A stretch of DNA of 64,000 bases, from assembly GCA_963841915.1 (NCBI GenBank), contig CAWJEN010000006.1, positions 1,152,001-1,216,000 on the forward strand, read 5' to 3'. How positions within the stretch are numbered: the stretch's first letter is position 1; each line of letters starts with the position of its first letter. Shown here in pieces: positions 1 to 10,598 of the stretch. The position numbers and the translations under genes are program-made. The notes beneath the pieces were generated by a model. That model had not been told where the DNA came from. It did no database searches and saw only the letters and a list, made by a program, of their open reading frames with translations. This DNA is from an uncultured Planctomycetota bacterium. Lineage in GTDB: Bacteria; Planctomycetota; Phycisphaerae; Tepidisphaerales; Tepidisphaeraceae.

Positions 1-135
1 ACGAGCGGCGCGACACCTTTGCCCCTGGGCTTGCACCTCATCGGCCCGTCGTTCGGCGAGGAGAAGCTGCTGCAGATTGCCCGGCTTTTCGAGCATTCGA
101 CCGATTTCCATACCCGCCGGCCGACGCTTGAGTGA
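1..135 (+). CDS. gatA: Asp/Glu-tRNA amidotransferase subunit A (amidase family), 3' end only
   Basis: Frame 1, translated by hand: ...LPLGLHLIGPSFGEEKLLQIARLFEHSTDFHTRRPTLE*, a typical GatA C-terminus. Confidence 0.8.
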   Translation, partial: TSGATPLPLGLHLIGPSFGEEKLLQIARLFEHSTDFHTRRPTLE

Positions 136-142
136 GCTGCGT

Positions 143-1618
143 GTGACGCCCGAGAACACGACTGCGACGATGTGGTTCGTCGTCAGCCTGTTGCTCGTTG
201 CCGTCGCGTTGCTGTTCGTGCCGTTACCGCAGGGCGATCTGCAGGACGACGCGCCGTACTACGCGTTCGTGCCGTTGCGGATCGCGGCGACGGGCGACGT
301 GTTTCACCTCTGGCGGTCGTGGGGCGACGACGAGCCTTACTTCAACAAGCCGCCACTGCACTTCTGGCTGACGGCGACATTCTACAAAGCGTTTGGCGTT
401 CATCTGGCCACCGCCCGACTCGCGACCGCCCTGTCGTGGGTTGCCGTCGGAGCGACCTTGTTCGTGCTGCTTCGCAAGGTTGGCCGCTCCGCCCTCTTCG
501 CCGCAACGGCCGTGCTGCTCGTCTTGCTCCAACGCGAGGTGTTCAAAAACACGCTCCAGGCACGCATGGACGGCGGCCTCGTGCTCGGATTTGTCGTCGC
601 TTCGTTCGCCGCTCTACGGCTGACGGAACGCAACAAACTCGACCCGCTCGGCTGGCTTCTCCTGGGCGGCGGGATCGGCTTCGGCCTCGTCTATCGCGGC
701 GCACCGTCGCTGATGGGCCTGATCGTCCTGGCGACGTTCTTCGCCTGGAGTCGGCCATCGTTGCTGCTGGCGTGGCGTGGGTGGCTCTTGGCGATCGTTG
801 CGATCATGCTCGTCGGCGGGTGGTGGTTCGTCCTGCAGTGGGCGCTGTACGGCGACCTGTTTGCGGAGAAGATCGGCACCGACGCCGTCGGTCAGCACGT
901 CGCCGCGGCAGGTGAGGCTAGCTGGATAGAGTTCGTGACGTACTACATCCGCCGAGTCCCCGAGTCGTACGCGCTTGCCATCATCCCGGCGGTGCTGGGG
1001 CTGATTCATCTGTTACGTCGCGAGCGGGCCGACGGCGAGCCACTGCTGCCACCGATCGTGAAGATGGCAATCGTCTGGTGCGTGATGTGGATCGTGCTGC
1101 TGCACCTGTCGCCGCGGCAGAATGCTCGGTACGCCCTGCCGTTGACGCCGTGGCTGGCGATCGTGGGGGCGATCGGCCTGACCGCGTGGGTTCCGTTGGC
1201 AAACGCGTGGGCGAGAGTGCTGCCGTTCGTCGGCCCCGTCGTGTTGGCGGTCGCCTCGGCTTGACCGTTCTTCGGCGACGGACTGGCCGAGACACGCGAC
1301 GACGCCCTGCTCGCCGCTGCCCCGCAGGTTCGCCGAGCCGTCGGCGCAACGAACCGCCCCACGGTCCCGCCGCAGTCGCCGGTGGTGCATCTTTACGACG
1401 AGTCGCTCAGCGCCGCGTCCAGAAGATGGACGCCATCGCCGTCTACACCGGTGCCCGCGTCGTCCGCACGAAAGCCGATGCGTTGGAAACGCGCAGCCAG
1501 GCGACTTCTTTGCGGTCTTTGCCGACGACGACAAGCCGGCCGAGCTTCGGCACGCTGCACGGTCGAGCTGCTTGCCTCGGACAAGCGTTGGAGCGTCTAC
1601 GTCGTGACGAGCGAGTGA
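143..1618 (+). CDS. ArnT/PMT-family (GT-C) membrane glycosyltransferase; interrupted by an in-frame TGA at 1262-1264 and probable indels near 1420-1550
   Basis: Multi-TM protein with D-D-A-x-Y, YFNKPPLHFW and ARMD motifs; the reading frame resumes directly after the TGA. Confidence 0.75.
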
Positions 1619-1621
1619 AGC

Positions 1622-2697
1622 TCAGGCCCGCAGGATCACCGCGTCGCTCACATCGAACTCTGCCGCAACGGCGGCGTCGACTTCGAGATCGAATCGTGGC
1701 GGCGCGACGATGAGCTTGAGCGGTTCGGCCTTGTCGCCGCCGACCATGGTGTGCTCGCTGGCTTCGCCGAGGAAGGTCGTGTCGCGAATGATGCCCTCGA
1801 CGCGGTTGTCCCGACCGGATGCGGTGCCGTTGACGAGCCGCATCTGTTCCGGGCGGACGCTGACGATGACATCGCCGCCGCCTTCGATGGCTTCGACGGC
1901 CTTGCCGCGCAAGCGGCCGAAGCTGGTCGTCCACGGTCAGCGACGGCGTCATCCGAGGCTCACGATCTTGCCGCGGATAAGATTGGTCTGGCCGACGAAG
2001 TCGGCGACGAACGTCGACTTGGGCCGATGATACAGCTCGCCCGGGCTGCCGATCTGGGCGACGCGGCCGTCCTTCAGCACGGCTATGCGGTCGGCGACGC
2101 TCAGCGCCTCCTTCTGATCGTGCGTGACGTAGATCGTCGTCAAACCGCTGGCCTTGCAGATGCGGCGGATCTCGCTGCGCATTTCGTGGCGTAGCTTGGC
2201 ATCGAGGTTCGACAACGGCTCATCGAGCAACAAGCACGTCCGGCTCGACGGCAATCGCCCGCGCCAGGGCCACGCGTTGCTGCTGACCGCCGGAGAGCTG
2301 GTTGGGCTTGCGGTCGGCATAAGGCGTCATCTGGACGAGCTCGAGCACCTCATCGATCTTGGCCTTGCCTGCCGCCCCGCTGACGCCCTTGACGTCGAGG
2401 CCGAACTTGACGTTGTCCCGCACGGTCATGTGCGGCCACAGCGCGTAGCTCTGGAAGCACATGACGGCGTTGCGTTTGTCCGTGCCGAGATTGGTGACGT
2501 CCTTGCTCGCCGAACAGGATGCGGCCCTCACTCGGCTCGTGCAGCCCCGCGATGAGTCGCAGCAGTGTGCTCTTGCCGCAACCCGATGGCCCGAGCAGGA
2601 AGAACAGTTCGCCGGCGTTGATGGTCAGCGACGTGTCGTCGAGGGCAACGGTCTCGCCGAAGCGTTTGGTGACGTGATCGAGCGTGACGGGAGTCAT
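1622..2697 (-). CDS. ABC transporter ATP-binding protein (FbpC/PotA-like, TOBE tail), about 3 frameshifts
   Basis: Walker [11 protein letters not shown]-loop FQSYALWPH, signature LSGGQQQR, Walker [11 protein letters not shown] and H-loop YVTHDQ, spread over ORFs 2350-2904, 2220-2531, 1949-2320 and 1622-1912. Confidence 0.9.
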
Positions 2698-2748
2698 GGG
2701 CGGCGAAGTGTAACCGCGCTCCCGCGGCGACGCATTATGATCGGGACA

Positions 2749-2817
2749 GCGAGCCCAAGCGTGAGCGAGGGGTTCTGGACGAGTGATCAGAACCCCTCGC
2801 TCACGCTTGGGGCTCGC
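2749..2817. repeat. Palindromic REP/REPIN-like element, intergenic copy
   Basis: GCGAGCCCAAGCGTGAGCGAGGGGTTCTG (2749-2777) is inverted with CAGAACCCCTCGCTCACGCTTGGGGCTCGC (2788-2817); homologous copies at 26176 and 27240. Confidence 0.9.
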
Positions 2818-2837
2818 GACGGTTATGATGCTGCGCG

Positions 2838-3677
2838 ATGCCCGAGACGATCGAGTACGCCACGCCCGCCGAGCCGTTGCCGAAGGACCCGATTCCGTTG
2901 CCACGACGCCTCGCGGCGGAGGCGGTGGGGACGTTTCTGATGGTCTTCTTCGGCTGCGGCGCGATGGCCGTCGACGCGGCGTACGGCGGCGCGATCGGGC
3001 ACGTCGGCATCGGCATCGTCTGGGGCGTCGTGGTGATGGCCCTCATCTACGCCCTCGGCGACGTCGGCGGCGCCCACTTCAACCCGGCCGTCAGCTTCGC
3101 CTTCTGGCTCAGCGGCCGGTTCCCCGGCAAGGACGCGCTGGCGTACAGCGGCGTGCAGGTCGTCTGCGCGACGTTGGCGGCTTCTTCCTGCTGGCGTCGT
3201 TTCCTTGGTCCCAAGACCTCGGGCAGACGAATCCTGCACAAGCCGCAGTACGCGGAGTTGGTCGACGGGATTTCGGTCACTGACGGTGGACGTCGCCGCG
3301 CGGCTGGACGCCGGCGACTACCCGTTCGCGACAACATTGGGTTCCAGCCCATCTACACCGTCGGCCGCGCCTTCGCCTTCGAGATCGTCCTGACCTTCGC
3401 CCTCGTCTTCGTGATCCTCTGCGTCGCCGTCGGCAGCAAGGAGCGCGGCCTCATGGCCGGCATCGCGATCGGCGGGACGGTGGGCATCTGCGCCCTGGCC
3501 GCCGGGCCGGTCTGTCGGGCGAGCATGAACCCCGCCCGCTCCATCGGCCCGGCCATCGCGGCCCTCGACTTCCAGTACCTGTGGCTCTACTGCGTCGCCC
3601 CCATCATCGGCGCCGCCCTCGCGGTTGGGGCATGGACCTATATCTACCGCCACCCACGGCCGAGTCGGATGATCTGA
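2838..3677 (+). CDS. MIP/aquaporin family channel (NIP/AqpZ-like); the middle part probably has compensating frameshifts
   Basis: Two NPA motifs ([17 protein letters not shown]) and about 6 hydrophobic helices. Confidence 0.9.
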   Translation: MPETIEYATPAEPLPKDPIPLPRRLAAEAVGTFLMVFFGCGAMAVDAAYGGAIGHVGIGIVWGVVVMALIYALGDVGGAHFNPAVSFAFWLSGRFPGKDALAYSGVQVVCATLAASSCWRRFLGPKTSGRRILHKPQYAELVDGISVTDGGRRRAAGRRRLPVRDNIGFQPIYTVGRAFAFEIVLTFALVFVILCVAVGSKERGLMAGIAIGGTVGICALAAGPVCRASMNPARSIGPAIAALDFQYLWLYCVAPIIGAALAVGAWTYIYRHPRPSRMI

Positions 3678-3678
3678 G

Positions 3679-3803
3679 TCAGAAGCGCGAAGTTGCAAAG
3701 AGGCGAAGCCGGAGCGAAGCAGACAGGAGGGTCAAAGGCCAAAGCCCAACCCCACTTCTGCACTTCGCTCCGGCTTCGCCTCTTCGCGACTTCGCGTTTC
3801 TGA
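3679..3803. repeat. Long inverted repeat between convergent genes (41-nt arms, 38/41 complementary, 43-nt spacer)
   Basis: 3679-3719 TCAGAAGCGCGAAGTTGCAAAGAGGCGAAGCCGGAGCGAAG versus 3763-3803. Confidence 0.85.
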
Positions 3804-3814
3804 TTCCGCCTTCT

Positions 3815-4779
3815 TCACCCGCCGAAGAAGCCGCTTTCCTTCATCTTCAAGACGACCGGGCCGGCCATGACGATGAAGCTGGCCGGGAAGATGAACAGCA
3901 CCAGCGGGAACGTCAGCTTGACGCTCGCCTTGGCGGCAGCCTCCTCGGCCTGGCTTTGGCGCTTTTGCCGCAAACCGTCCGCCTGGATCCGCAGGGCCTT
4001 GGCGATGCTCGTGCCGAACCGCTCGGCCTGGCAGAGCATCGCCGCGAGGCTTTGCAGCGGGACGAAGTCGGTCCGGTCGCCGAGGTTGCGCAGGGCCTGC
4101 TGGCGGTGGACGCCGACGCGGGTTTCCATGTGGCAGATGCTGAACTCGCGGCTGATGACCGGGTGGGCCAGCGCCAGTTCCTCGCCGACGCGTTGCATGG
4201 CCGAGTCGATGGTGAGGCCGGCCTCGACACAGACGACCATGAGGTCGAGCCCGTCGGGCAGGCCGACGGAGAGCTCGCGTTTGTTGCTTTTGATCTTCTT
4301 TTTCAGCCAGAGCATCGGGGCCATGTAGCCCACGCCGCCTGCCATGGCGGTGGTGAACATGGTGTCGTAGCCGAGGGCGGAGCCGATGAGGAAGCCGAAG
4401 CCTGCGCCACCGATGCCGAAGCCGACGCGGGCGGCCATGAGCAATCGGGCGGCGTCGGCTTGGTAGATGCCGGCCTGGATGAGCTTGCGTCGAAGGTCGA
4501 GGCGGCGTTGCTCGCTCTTGGCGTCGCCGTCTTTGCCTTTGAAGAACAGGTGGCTGAGCCGCTTGCCGAGCTGCCCGACAAAGCCGCTGAACCTTTCGGC
4601 AGCTCCGCTTCGCCGACGTTGTTGCCGAACTCGCGGCGGAGACGGTTGCGCAGGTGCGCTTCGTGTTTACCGGCTGACGCCAGTTGGGTCAGGCCGTAGC
4701 AACCGGCGGCGGTCGCCAGTCCTGCCGTGGCGGCAAAGGCACCGGCGAACAGCTCGGGCGTCATGGGGAAGTCGAACAT
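3815..4779 (-). CDS. tadC: Tad pilus inner-membrane protein TadC (T2SS F family), frameshifted near 4490-4600
   Basis: LPDGLDLMVVCVEAGL, QAERFGTSI and AEEAAAKASVKLTFPLVLFIFP; the N-terminus MFDFPMTPELF lies in another frame. Confidence 0.88.
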
Positions 4780-4801
4780 GGAGTCTCTTTCAAGGCGCGT
4801 C

Positions 4802-5782
4802 TCAGACGCGGACGGCGGTGATCTTGCGGATAACGAACAGGCCCATGCCCGACAACAGCAGCGTTGCACCCAGCATCAGTCGGCCCTCGAAGGTGTCGGT
4901 CAGCACGCTCGTGTTCTCCGGCGACATGACGTAGAGCATGACGAACATGACCAGCGGAAACGCTGCCAGAATCATGCCGGTGAAGCGACCTTCGGCCGTC
5001 TTGGCTTTCACCTGGTTTTCGAGCTGGATCCGCATGCGGAGCATGCCGGTGATGTTGTCCAGTACCTGCGCAAGGTCGCCACCCGTCTGACGCTGCACGA
5101 GCACGGCTGTGACGAAGAAGGCAAAGTCGGTCGACTCGATCCGCTCGGTCATGTCTTTGAGTGCGGCATCGGGGGCCGTGCCGAGGCTGATCTGGTCGTG
5201 GCACCGGCCGAACTCGTCGCGGAGCGGGACCGGCAACTCGTTGCCCATCATGCTCAAGCCGACCGGCAGGCTGTGACCGGCCCGTAGGCTTCGGCCCAGG
5301 AAGTCGAGGCCGTCGGGTAGCTGCTCGCTGATCATCCGCTGACGCTTGAGCCGACGACGGGCCAGGTACATGAACGGCAGGTAAGCTCCGAAGATCATGC
5401 CGATGCCCGCTGCCAGGAACGAGCCGCGGAACGTAAACAGGATCATGCCGACGACGAAGGCAACCGCGGCGACGACGCCAAGGAACTTCTCCGGCGACAG
5501 GTCGGGGAATGCCTGCTTGAGCGACGCCTGAAGCTCGCGCGTCAGGCTGAACTTCGAGAGGATCTTGCGAAGGGCCGACGTTTCGTCGACGACGAGCAGC
5601 GTTGCTTCACCGTCATCGTCACCGGCTTTAGTTTCTGTTGCCGGCTGACCGGTAAGCCGCTGGCGAAGACGGTGCCGGGCTTGGCCACTGCCGAACACGG
5701 TCCAGCCGCCCCACAGGGCAGTCGTGACCGCGCCGAATAAGGCAACGGCAAAGAGAATTCGAAGGATCAGGTCAACCCACAT
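4802..5782 (-). CDS. tadB: Tad pilus inner-membrane protein TadB
   Basis: QLPDGLDFLGRSLRAGHSL, VQRQTGGDLAQVL, AKTAEGR. Confidence 0.9.
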   Translation of the reverse strand: MWVDLILRILFAVALFGAVTTALWGGWTVFGSGQARHRLRQRLTGQPATETKAGDDDGEATLLVVDETSALRKILSKFSLTRELQASLKQAFPDLSPEKFLGVVAAVAFVVGMILFTFRGSFLAAGIGMIFGAYLPFMYLARRRLKRQRMISEQLPDGLDFLGRSLRAGHSLPVGLSMMGNELPVPLRDEFGRCHDQISLGTAPDAALKDMTERIESTDFAFFVTAVLVQRQTGGDLAQVLDNITGMLRMRIQLENQVKAKTAEGRFTGMILAAFPLVMFVMLYVMSPENTSVLTDTFEGRLMLGATLLLSGMGLFVIRKITAVRV

Positions 5783-5830
5783 GGCGGTGGTACTTTCTGG
5801 GGGCGTGGCGTGTGGCAGACGGCGTCGGGT

Positions 5831-7342
5831 TCAGAACGAGAGCTTGCGTGCCGCAAAGGTGTCGGAGGGCAGGCGGAGGCCGCGGTGCTGGATGCGCTCG
5901 AGCGCCATCGGACGAATGCCGTGGCACACGAAGTCACCCTCGGCGTTTCCGTCCGTATCCACGCCGGTCTGCTCGAAGGTGAACAGGTTCTGCATCTGAA
6001 TCGTGTCGCCTTCCATGCCGCCGATTTCACTGACATAGGTGACTTTTCGCTTGCCGCCGGCCAGGCGTGACGCCTGGACGACGATGTTGACCGCGCTGCA
6101 GATCTGCTGACGAAGCGCACGCGTCGGGATGTCGTAACCGGCCATCGCGACGAGCACTTCGAGGCGACTCAGTGCGTCACGCGGCGTGTTGGCGTGGACG
6201 GTGGTCATCGAACCGTCGTGGCCCGTGTTCATGGCCTGCAGCATGTCGATCGCCTCGCTGCCGCGAGTTTCACCGATGATGATGCGGTCGGGCCGCATAC
6301 GCAGCGAGTTCTTGACGAGGTCGCGTGCGGTGACTTCGCCCTTGCCTTCGATGTTGGCCGGGCGGGTCTCGAGTCGTACGACGTGCGGCTGTTGCAGCTG
6401 CAATTCGGCGGCGTCTTCACAGGTGATGACGCGCTCGCCCAGCGGGATGTAGCGGCTCAAGCAGTTGAGCAACGTCGTCTTACCCGAGCCGGTACCGCCG
6501 GAGATGATGACATTGCAGCGGGCTTGCACGGCGGCGGACAGGAAGTCCATCACGACGGGCGGGAACGCTTCAGCGCGAATGAGGTCTTCGAGCTGCAACG
6601 GCTTGGAGCCGAAGCGGCGAATGCTCATCGAGCTGCCGTCGAGCGCCAGCGGCGGAATGATCGCGTTGACGCGGCTGCCGTCGGGCAGGCGGGCGTCGAC
6701 CATCGGGCTCGTCTCGTCGACCCGGCGACCAATGCCGGCGACGATGCGGTCGATGATCTGGCGAAGGTGCGCTTCGTCGCGGAAGACGGTCTCGCTGACC
6801 GAGAGTCGGCCTTTGCGTTCGACGTAGATCTGGTCGTGGCGATTGACGAGAATGTCGCTGACGTCCTTATCTTTGAGGATTGCCTCCAGCGGGCCGAAGC
6901 CGAAAGTTTCGTCGAGCACCTCTTCGACGAGCTTTTCCTGTTCGCTACCGGTGATGAGGTTCTTCTCAGCTCCGGCCATTTCGCGGACGAGCTGACGCAC
7001 TTCCTTGCGGACGAGTTCCGACTTCATCTTGCGCATCGTCGCCATGTCGAGGCGGTCGATGAGCTGCTTGTGGATGCGGGTCTTGAGGTCCTCGAACTTG
7101 CTCTGCCGCTCGGAGTTGTTGTTGCGGACGAGCGACGCACGCGGCGCGGCCACGGCTGCAACGGCGGCAGGCTTAAATTCCGCTTCGCTCACCTCCGGCA
7201 CCGGGGCGGGAGCTTGCATGGGCGCGGCCTGCTGAACCGCAGGTGACCGGGCGTGATCGTCCGGATCGCTCGGAGCCTGCGGCAGACCGACGACCGAGTT
7301 GGGATCGAGCGTGGTCGGGGCGGATTTGGTGAAGAGTCCCAT
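5831..7342 (-). CDS. cpaF: Tad pilus assembly ATPase TadA/CpaF
   Basis: [43 protein letters not shown]. Confidence 0.95.
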   Translation of the reverse strand: MGLFTKSAPTTLDPNSVVGLPQAPSDPDDHARSPAVQQAAPMQAPAPVPEVSEAEFKPAAVAAVAAPRASLVRNNNSERQSKFEDLKTRIHKQLIDRLDMATMRKMKSELVRKEVRQLVREMAGAEKNLITGSEQEKLVEEVLDETFGFGPLEAILKDKDVSDILVNRHDQIYVERKGRLSVSETVFRDEAHLRQIIDRIVAGIGRRVDETSPMVDARLPDGSRVNAIIPPLALDGSSMSIRRFGSKPLQLEDLIRAEAFPPVVMDFLSAAVQARCNVIISGGTGSGKTTLLNCLSRYIPLGERVITCEDAAELQLQQPHVVRLETRPANIEGKGEVTARDLVKNSLRMRPDRIIIGETRGSEAIDMLQAMNTGHDGSMTTVHANTPRDALSRLEVLVAMAGYDIPTRALRQQICSAVNIVVQASRLAGGKRKVTYVSEIGGMEGDTIQMQNLFTFEQTGVDTDGNAEGDFVCHGIRPMALERIQHRGLRLPSDTFAARKLSF

Positions 7343-7394
7343 AGTCTTTGGTTCAGGCGGAGGTGCGGATCAGGTTCTGGCCGGAGTCGATCAG

Positions 7395-8564
7395 TCAGGC
7401 GGCGCGGCGGAGCTTGGACTTCTTCTCACCCGCAGCAGCCGAAGCACGGCTTTTGACCAGGTCGTCGGAAATCTTCGTCAACGCGAGGCTCATCTCGGCT
7501 CGCGGCTGACGGATCACCGCCGGCTCGCCGTAGTTAATGGCGGCTATGGCCGTTTTGAAGTCGTTCGGTACCGTGTAGGCGATGTCGAGGCCAAGAGCCC
7601 GCTCGACTTCACCGGGCGCGATGTCCCAGCCACGCTTGACGAAGCGGTTGACGATGACCTTGATGCGGGTCGACTCGATGCCGCTGCGACGCAAGGCCGC
7701 GACGTATCGCTCGGCGTTCTTGGCCGACGGAACGTTGAGCTGCATCGTCAGGAGCGTCACGTCGCTGGCGGCGACGGCGGTCGAGTAGATCGGGTCCATG
7801 CTCATCACGCCGTCGATGACGACGTAGTCGTTCATACGGGCCAGCAGGCCGATGAGCTTTTGCACGCCGGTCTGGCTGACCCGCTGTGTTTCTTCGATCA
7901 TGTCGGGCCGACCGAGAATGCGTAGGCCGGTCTTGTCGTGGGTGATGAGCGCGTTCTCGACGATCTGCTGGTCGACGCGATCACTCGACTCCATCACGTC
8001 GGCAATCGTGTAGCTGGGCCGCACGTCAAAGGCACCGGCCACATCGCCGCGAACCAGGTCGAGGTCGATCAGGACCGTGCGATATCCCTGGGCCGCGAGG
8101 CTGGAGGCCACGTTGCATGCGATCGTGGTGCTGCCGCAACCGCCGGTCGAGGGAACGACCTGAATCACGCGGGCGCGGTGCCCTTCTCCATGGCTTGCGG
8201 CTAGACGCTCCAAGGCATCTTTGAGCACCTGCTCGGTCATCGGCAGCGGGATGAACTCCCGAACGCCAAGACTCATCGACCGCATCAACAGCTGCGGGTC
8301 GAGCACCTGACTCATCGCGAAGAACGCGACCTGCGGGTGCGACCGCGGAAGGTGCTGCATCGACAGCAGCATGTCAGCCGCGTCGGGGTCGAGGTTGACG
8401 AGCACGACCTGTGGCTTTTCACCGCCGTCAAGTGCCGCCTGCATGGTGGCGACGTCACTGGCCTGGCCCACCACGGTCAGCCCGAAACCGGCAAGTACCT
8501 GAGCAAGCTCCTCGCGATTCTGTTGATCCGAGTCGACAATGTAAGCTGAAAGTTGAATGAACAT
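7395..8564 (-). CDS. cpaE: Pilus assembly protein CpaE/TadZ (receiver-like plus MinD-like domains)
   Basis: N-terminal receiver-like domain, deviant P-loop STGGCGSTT, VLIDLDL and AINYGEP. Confidence 0.88.
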   Translation of the reverse strand: MFIQLSAYIVDSDQQNREELAQVLAGFGLTVVGQASDVATMQAALDGGEKPQVVLVNLDPDAADMLLSMQHLPRSHPQVAFFAMSQVLDPQLLMRSMSLGVREFIPLPMTEQVLKDALERLAASHGEGHRARVIQVVPSTGGCGSTTIACNVASSLAAQGYRTVLIDLDLVRGDVAGAFDVRPSYTIADVMESSDRVDQQIVENALITHDKTGLRILGRPDMIEETQRVSQTGVQKLIGLLARMNDYVVIDGVMSMDPIYSTAVAASDVTLLTMQLNVPSAKNAERYVAALRRSGIESTRIKVIVNRFVKRGWDIAPGEVERALGLDIAYTVPNDFKTAIAAINYGEPAVIRQPRAEMSLALTKISDDLVKSRASAAAGEKKSKLRRAA

Positions 8565-8790
8565 GGCGTGAGGTGGAGGTGGACAGGGAGATGTTGTGCC
8601 CCGGGACGCGTAGCGCCCTGTTGACGTAGTCGGCTGGTAGAGGCCGCAACTTTGCTTGAATGGCAAAGACAAGTGATATTTCTTCGACGGTCAGAACGGT
8701 TGGCAGCCCGTGCCTCCCTCAACGACAACCGCGGCCCGACCTCTGGGGTCGGGCCGCGGCCACGGGGACATCCTGTCCAATCTGCGTTGT

Positions 8791-10500
8791 CTACTGCTCG
8801 ATCGGCGTCGCCGGCTCGAAGGCGTAGCTGGCACGGAGACCGGGGGCGGTTCCGCGAGACTGATCGTCCGAGCCAACACGGTCGGCGTCGTCGGGAAGCG
8901 CCACACCCGCGTCACCACCGAGCTGGCCGAACACCATCAGCTCTATGTCGTTGGGGTGCTTCCAGGTCTGTCCTGGTGCAGGCGAGACGGAGTCGGGGTC
9001 GAGCGGCGCGACGAGTCGGGGCGTGATGAGCACGACGAGCTCCGTCTCCTGCCGCTGATACCGCGTGCTGCGGAACAAGGCACCCAAGACCGGCACGTCA
9101 CCGAGCAACGGAACAACCGACTTGCTGGCCACGGTGTTGCTGCGGAGCAGACCGCTGATGGCGAGTGTCTGTCCGTCACGCATCTCGACGGTGGTGGCGG
9201 TGTTGCGGGTGCGGAGTCCCGGCACGCGGACGCCGCCGATGGCCAAAGCGATGGTGTCATCAAGGTCGCTGACTTCGCTGACGAGTTTCATGCGGATGCG
9301 CCCGTCGCCGAGAACGATCGGCTCGTACGCCAGGCGGATGCCGAATTGGCGGTACTCGATGGCGATGCCCTCTTCCTGCGGCACCGGGATCGGGTACTCG
9401 CCACCGGCCAGGAACTCGCCCTGCTCGCCGCTCATGACGACGAGTTCGGGATCGGCCAGTACCCGGAGCAGGTTGCTCTCACGAAGGGCGTTGATGTAGT
9501 AGGCAAACGGATCACCGGCGAGGGTGCCGACACCGAAGAGTTGGGCACCAGTGTTGGGGTCGGGAATGCCAAGGCCTGTCACACCGCCGGTGTCAGGATC
9601 GGTGAAGAAGCCCAGAGGTGTAATTTGACCGATGTTGCTGCCGGCGATGGTGCCGCCGCCGTCGGTGAATCCGAAGTTGACGCCGAACTGCTTACCGGCA
9701 CTGCGGCTGACTTCGGCGAAGCGGATGCGAAGTGCGATCTGCTGACCACCTGGCATCTGGAGCATGTTCTCCGTGTCGCCGTACGCGCTGGAGATGCGGT
9801 CGGCCATGTCGGCCTCTTGCACATCGCGGGCAATGCCCATCAGGCCGATCTTGCCACCGATGTCGACGACGCGGATCTCACTGTCGGGCAGGAGCTCGTC
9901 GAGCTTGTCCTGCACCTGACGCAGGTCAGCCGCACTTTGCAGCACGAACGACTGGCTGCGACGTTGATCGTCCCAGAAGACTAGCTCGGTGGTGCCGGTC
10001 TGCTTGCCGGTGACGAGCAGCTCGGTCGGCCCCAGCGGGCGAACCTCTGCAAGGTCATCTCGGCCGATGGCTACGCGGCTGAACGGGCGACTTGTGCGAA
10101 TGATCTGCGAGTCGTTGACGACCACGGCGAAGCGGCCATCGACAATCTGATCGGGCGCGACCAGATCGGCGACGATCTCGGTCTCGTTGACACCGGCGAC
10201 TTGCGTCGACGCCTCAGGCGCTACGTCGACGGTCGACTCAGCCTCCGTGTCAGGAACGTAGCTGCGGAGCAGGTCGAAGAAGCCGGTGTTGGCCGGTGTC
10301 GGCTCAACGGCGTCGGTCGCGTCGGGACCCGCAAACGGGTTGCCGAGCGTGAACGAATGGGCGACGGTCGAGCTGTCGGCAGGACGCGTCGACGGAGTGG
10401 TCGTCGGCGAGCCGGCGGCGGGAACGTGGCTCAAGGCCACGAGCGCGGCGGCCACAATGGCGGCGCGGGCGGATCGGGGAAGCATGGCTGTACGGGTCAT
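8791..10500 (-). CDS. cpaC: Tad secretin CpaC/RcpA
   Basis: Signal peptide, IRFAEVSRS, FLAGGEYPIP and VPLLGDVPVLGALFRS...ETELVVLITP. Confidence 0.92.
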   Translation of the reverse strand: MTRTAMLPRSARAAIVAAALVALSHVPAAGSPTTTPSTRPADSSTVAHSFTLGNPFAGPDATDAVEPTPANTGFFDLLRSYVPDTEAESTVDVAPEASTQVAGVNETEIVADLVAPDQIVDGRFAVVVNDSQIIRTSRPFSRVAIGRDDLAEVRPLGPTELLVTGKQTGTTELVFWDDQRRSQSFVLQSAADLRQVQDKLDELLPDSEIRVVDIGGKIGLMGIARDVQEADMADRISSAYGDTENMLQMPGGQQIALRIRFAEVSRSAGKQFGVNFGFTDGGGTIAGSNIGQITPLGFFTDPDTGGVTGLGIPDPNTGAQLFGVGTLAGDPFAYYINALRESNLLRVLADPELVVMSGEQGEFLAGGEYPIPVPQEEGIAIEYRQFGIRLAYEPIVLGDGRIRMKLVSEVSDLDDTIALAIGGVRVPGLRTRNTATTVEMRDGQTLAISGLLRSNTVASKSVVPLLGDVPVLGALFRSTRYQRQETELVVLITPRLVAPLDPDSVSPAPGQTWKHPNDIELMVFGQLGGDAGVALPDDADRVGSDDQSRGTAPGLRASYAFEPATPIEQ

Positions 10501-10598
10501 CGGAAAAGCCCTCGAGGCGGGTGTTGGTGGTGATGCGCCTCGACGGCGCGAGGGTTCAGTGAGGCAAACGGATCGGCGACAGATGACGCCGGGGCGAT

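Noticed and set aside
1262..1264. Selenocysteine or alternative genetic code
   Set aside because: The context is a TM boundary rather than a redox motif, TGA is used as a normal stop across the window, and the TGA-anticodon tRNA is an ordinary tRNA-Ser.
1622..4779. Calling the frameshifted ABC ATPase and tadC true pseudogenes or programmed frameshifts
   Set aside because: Indels are scattered across many unrelated genes whose motifs are otherwise intact, which fits sequencing error better.
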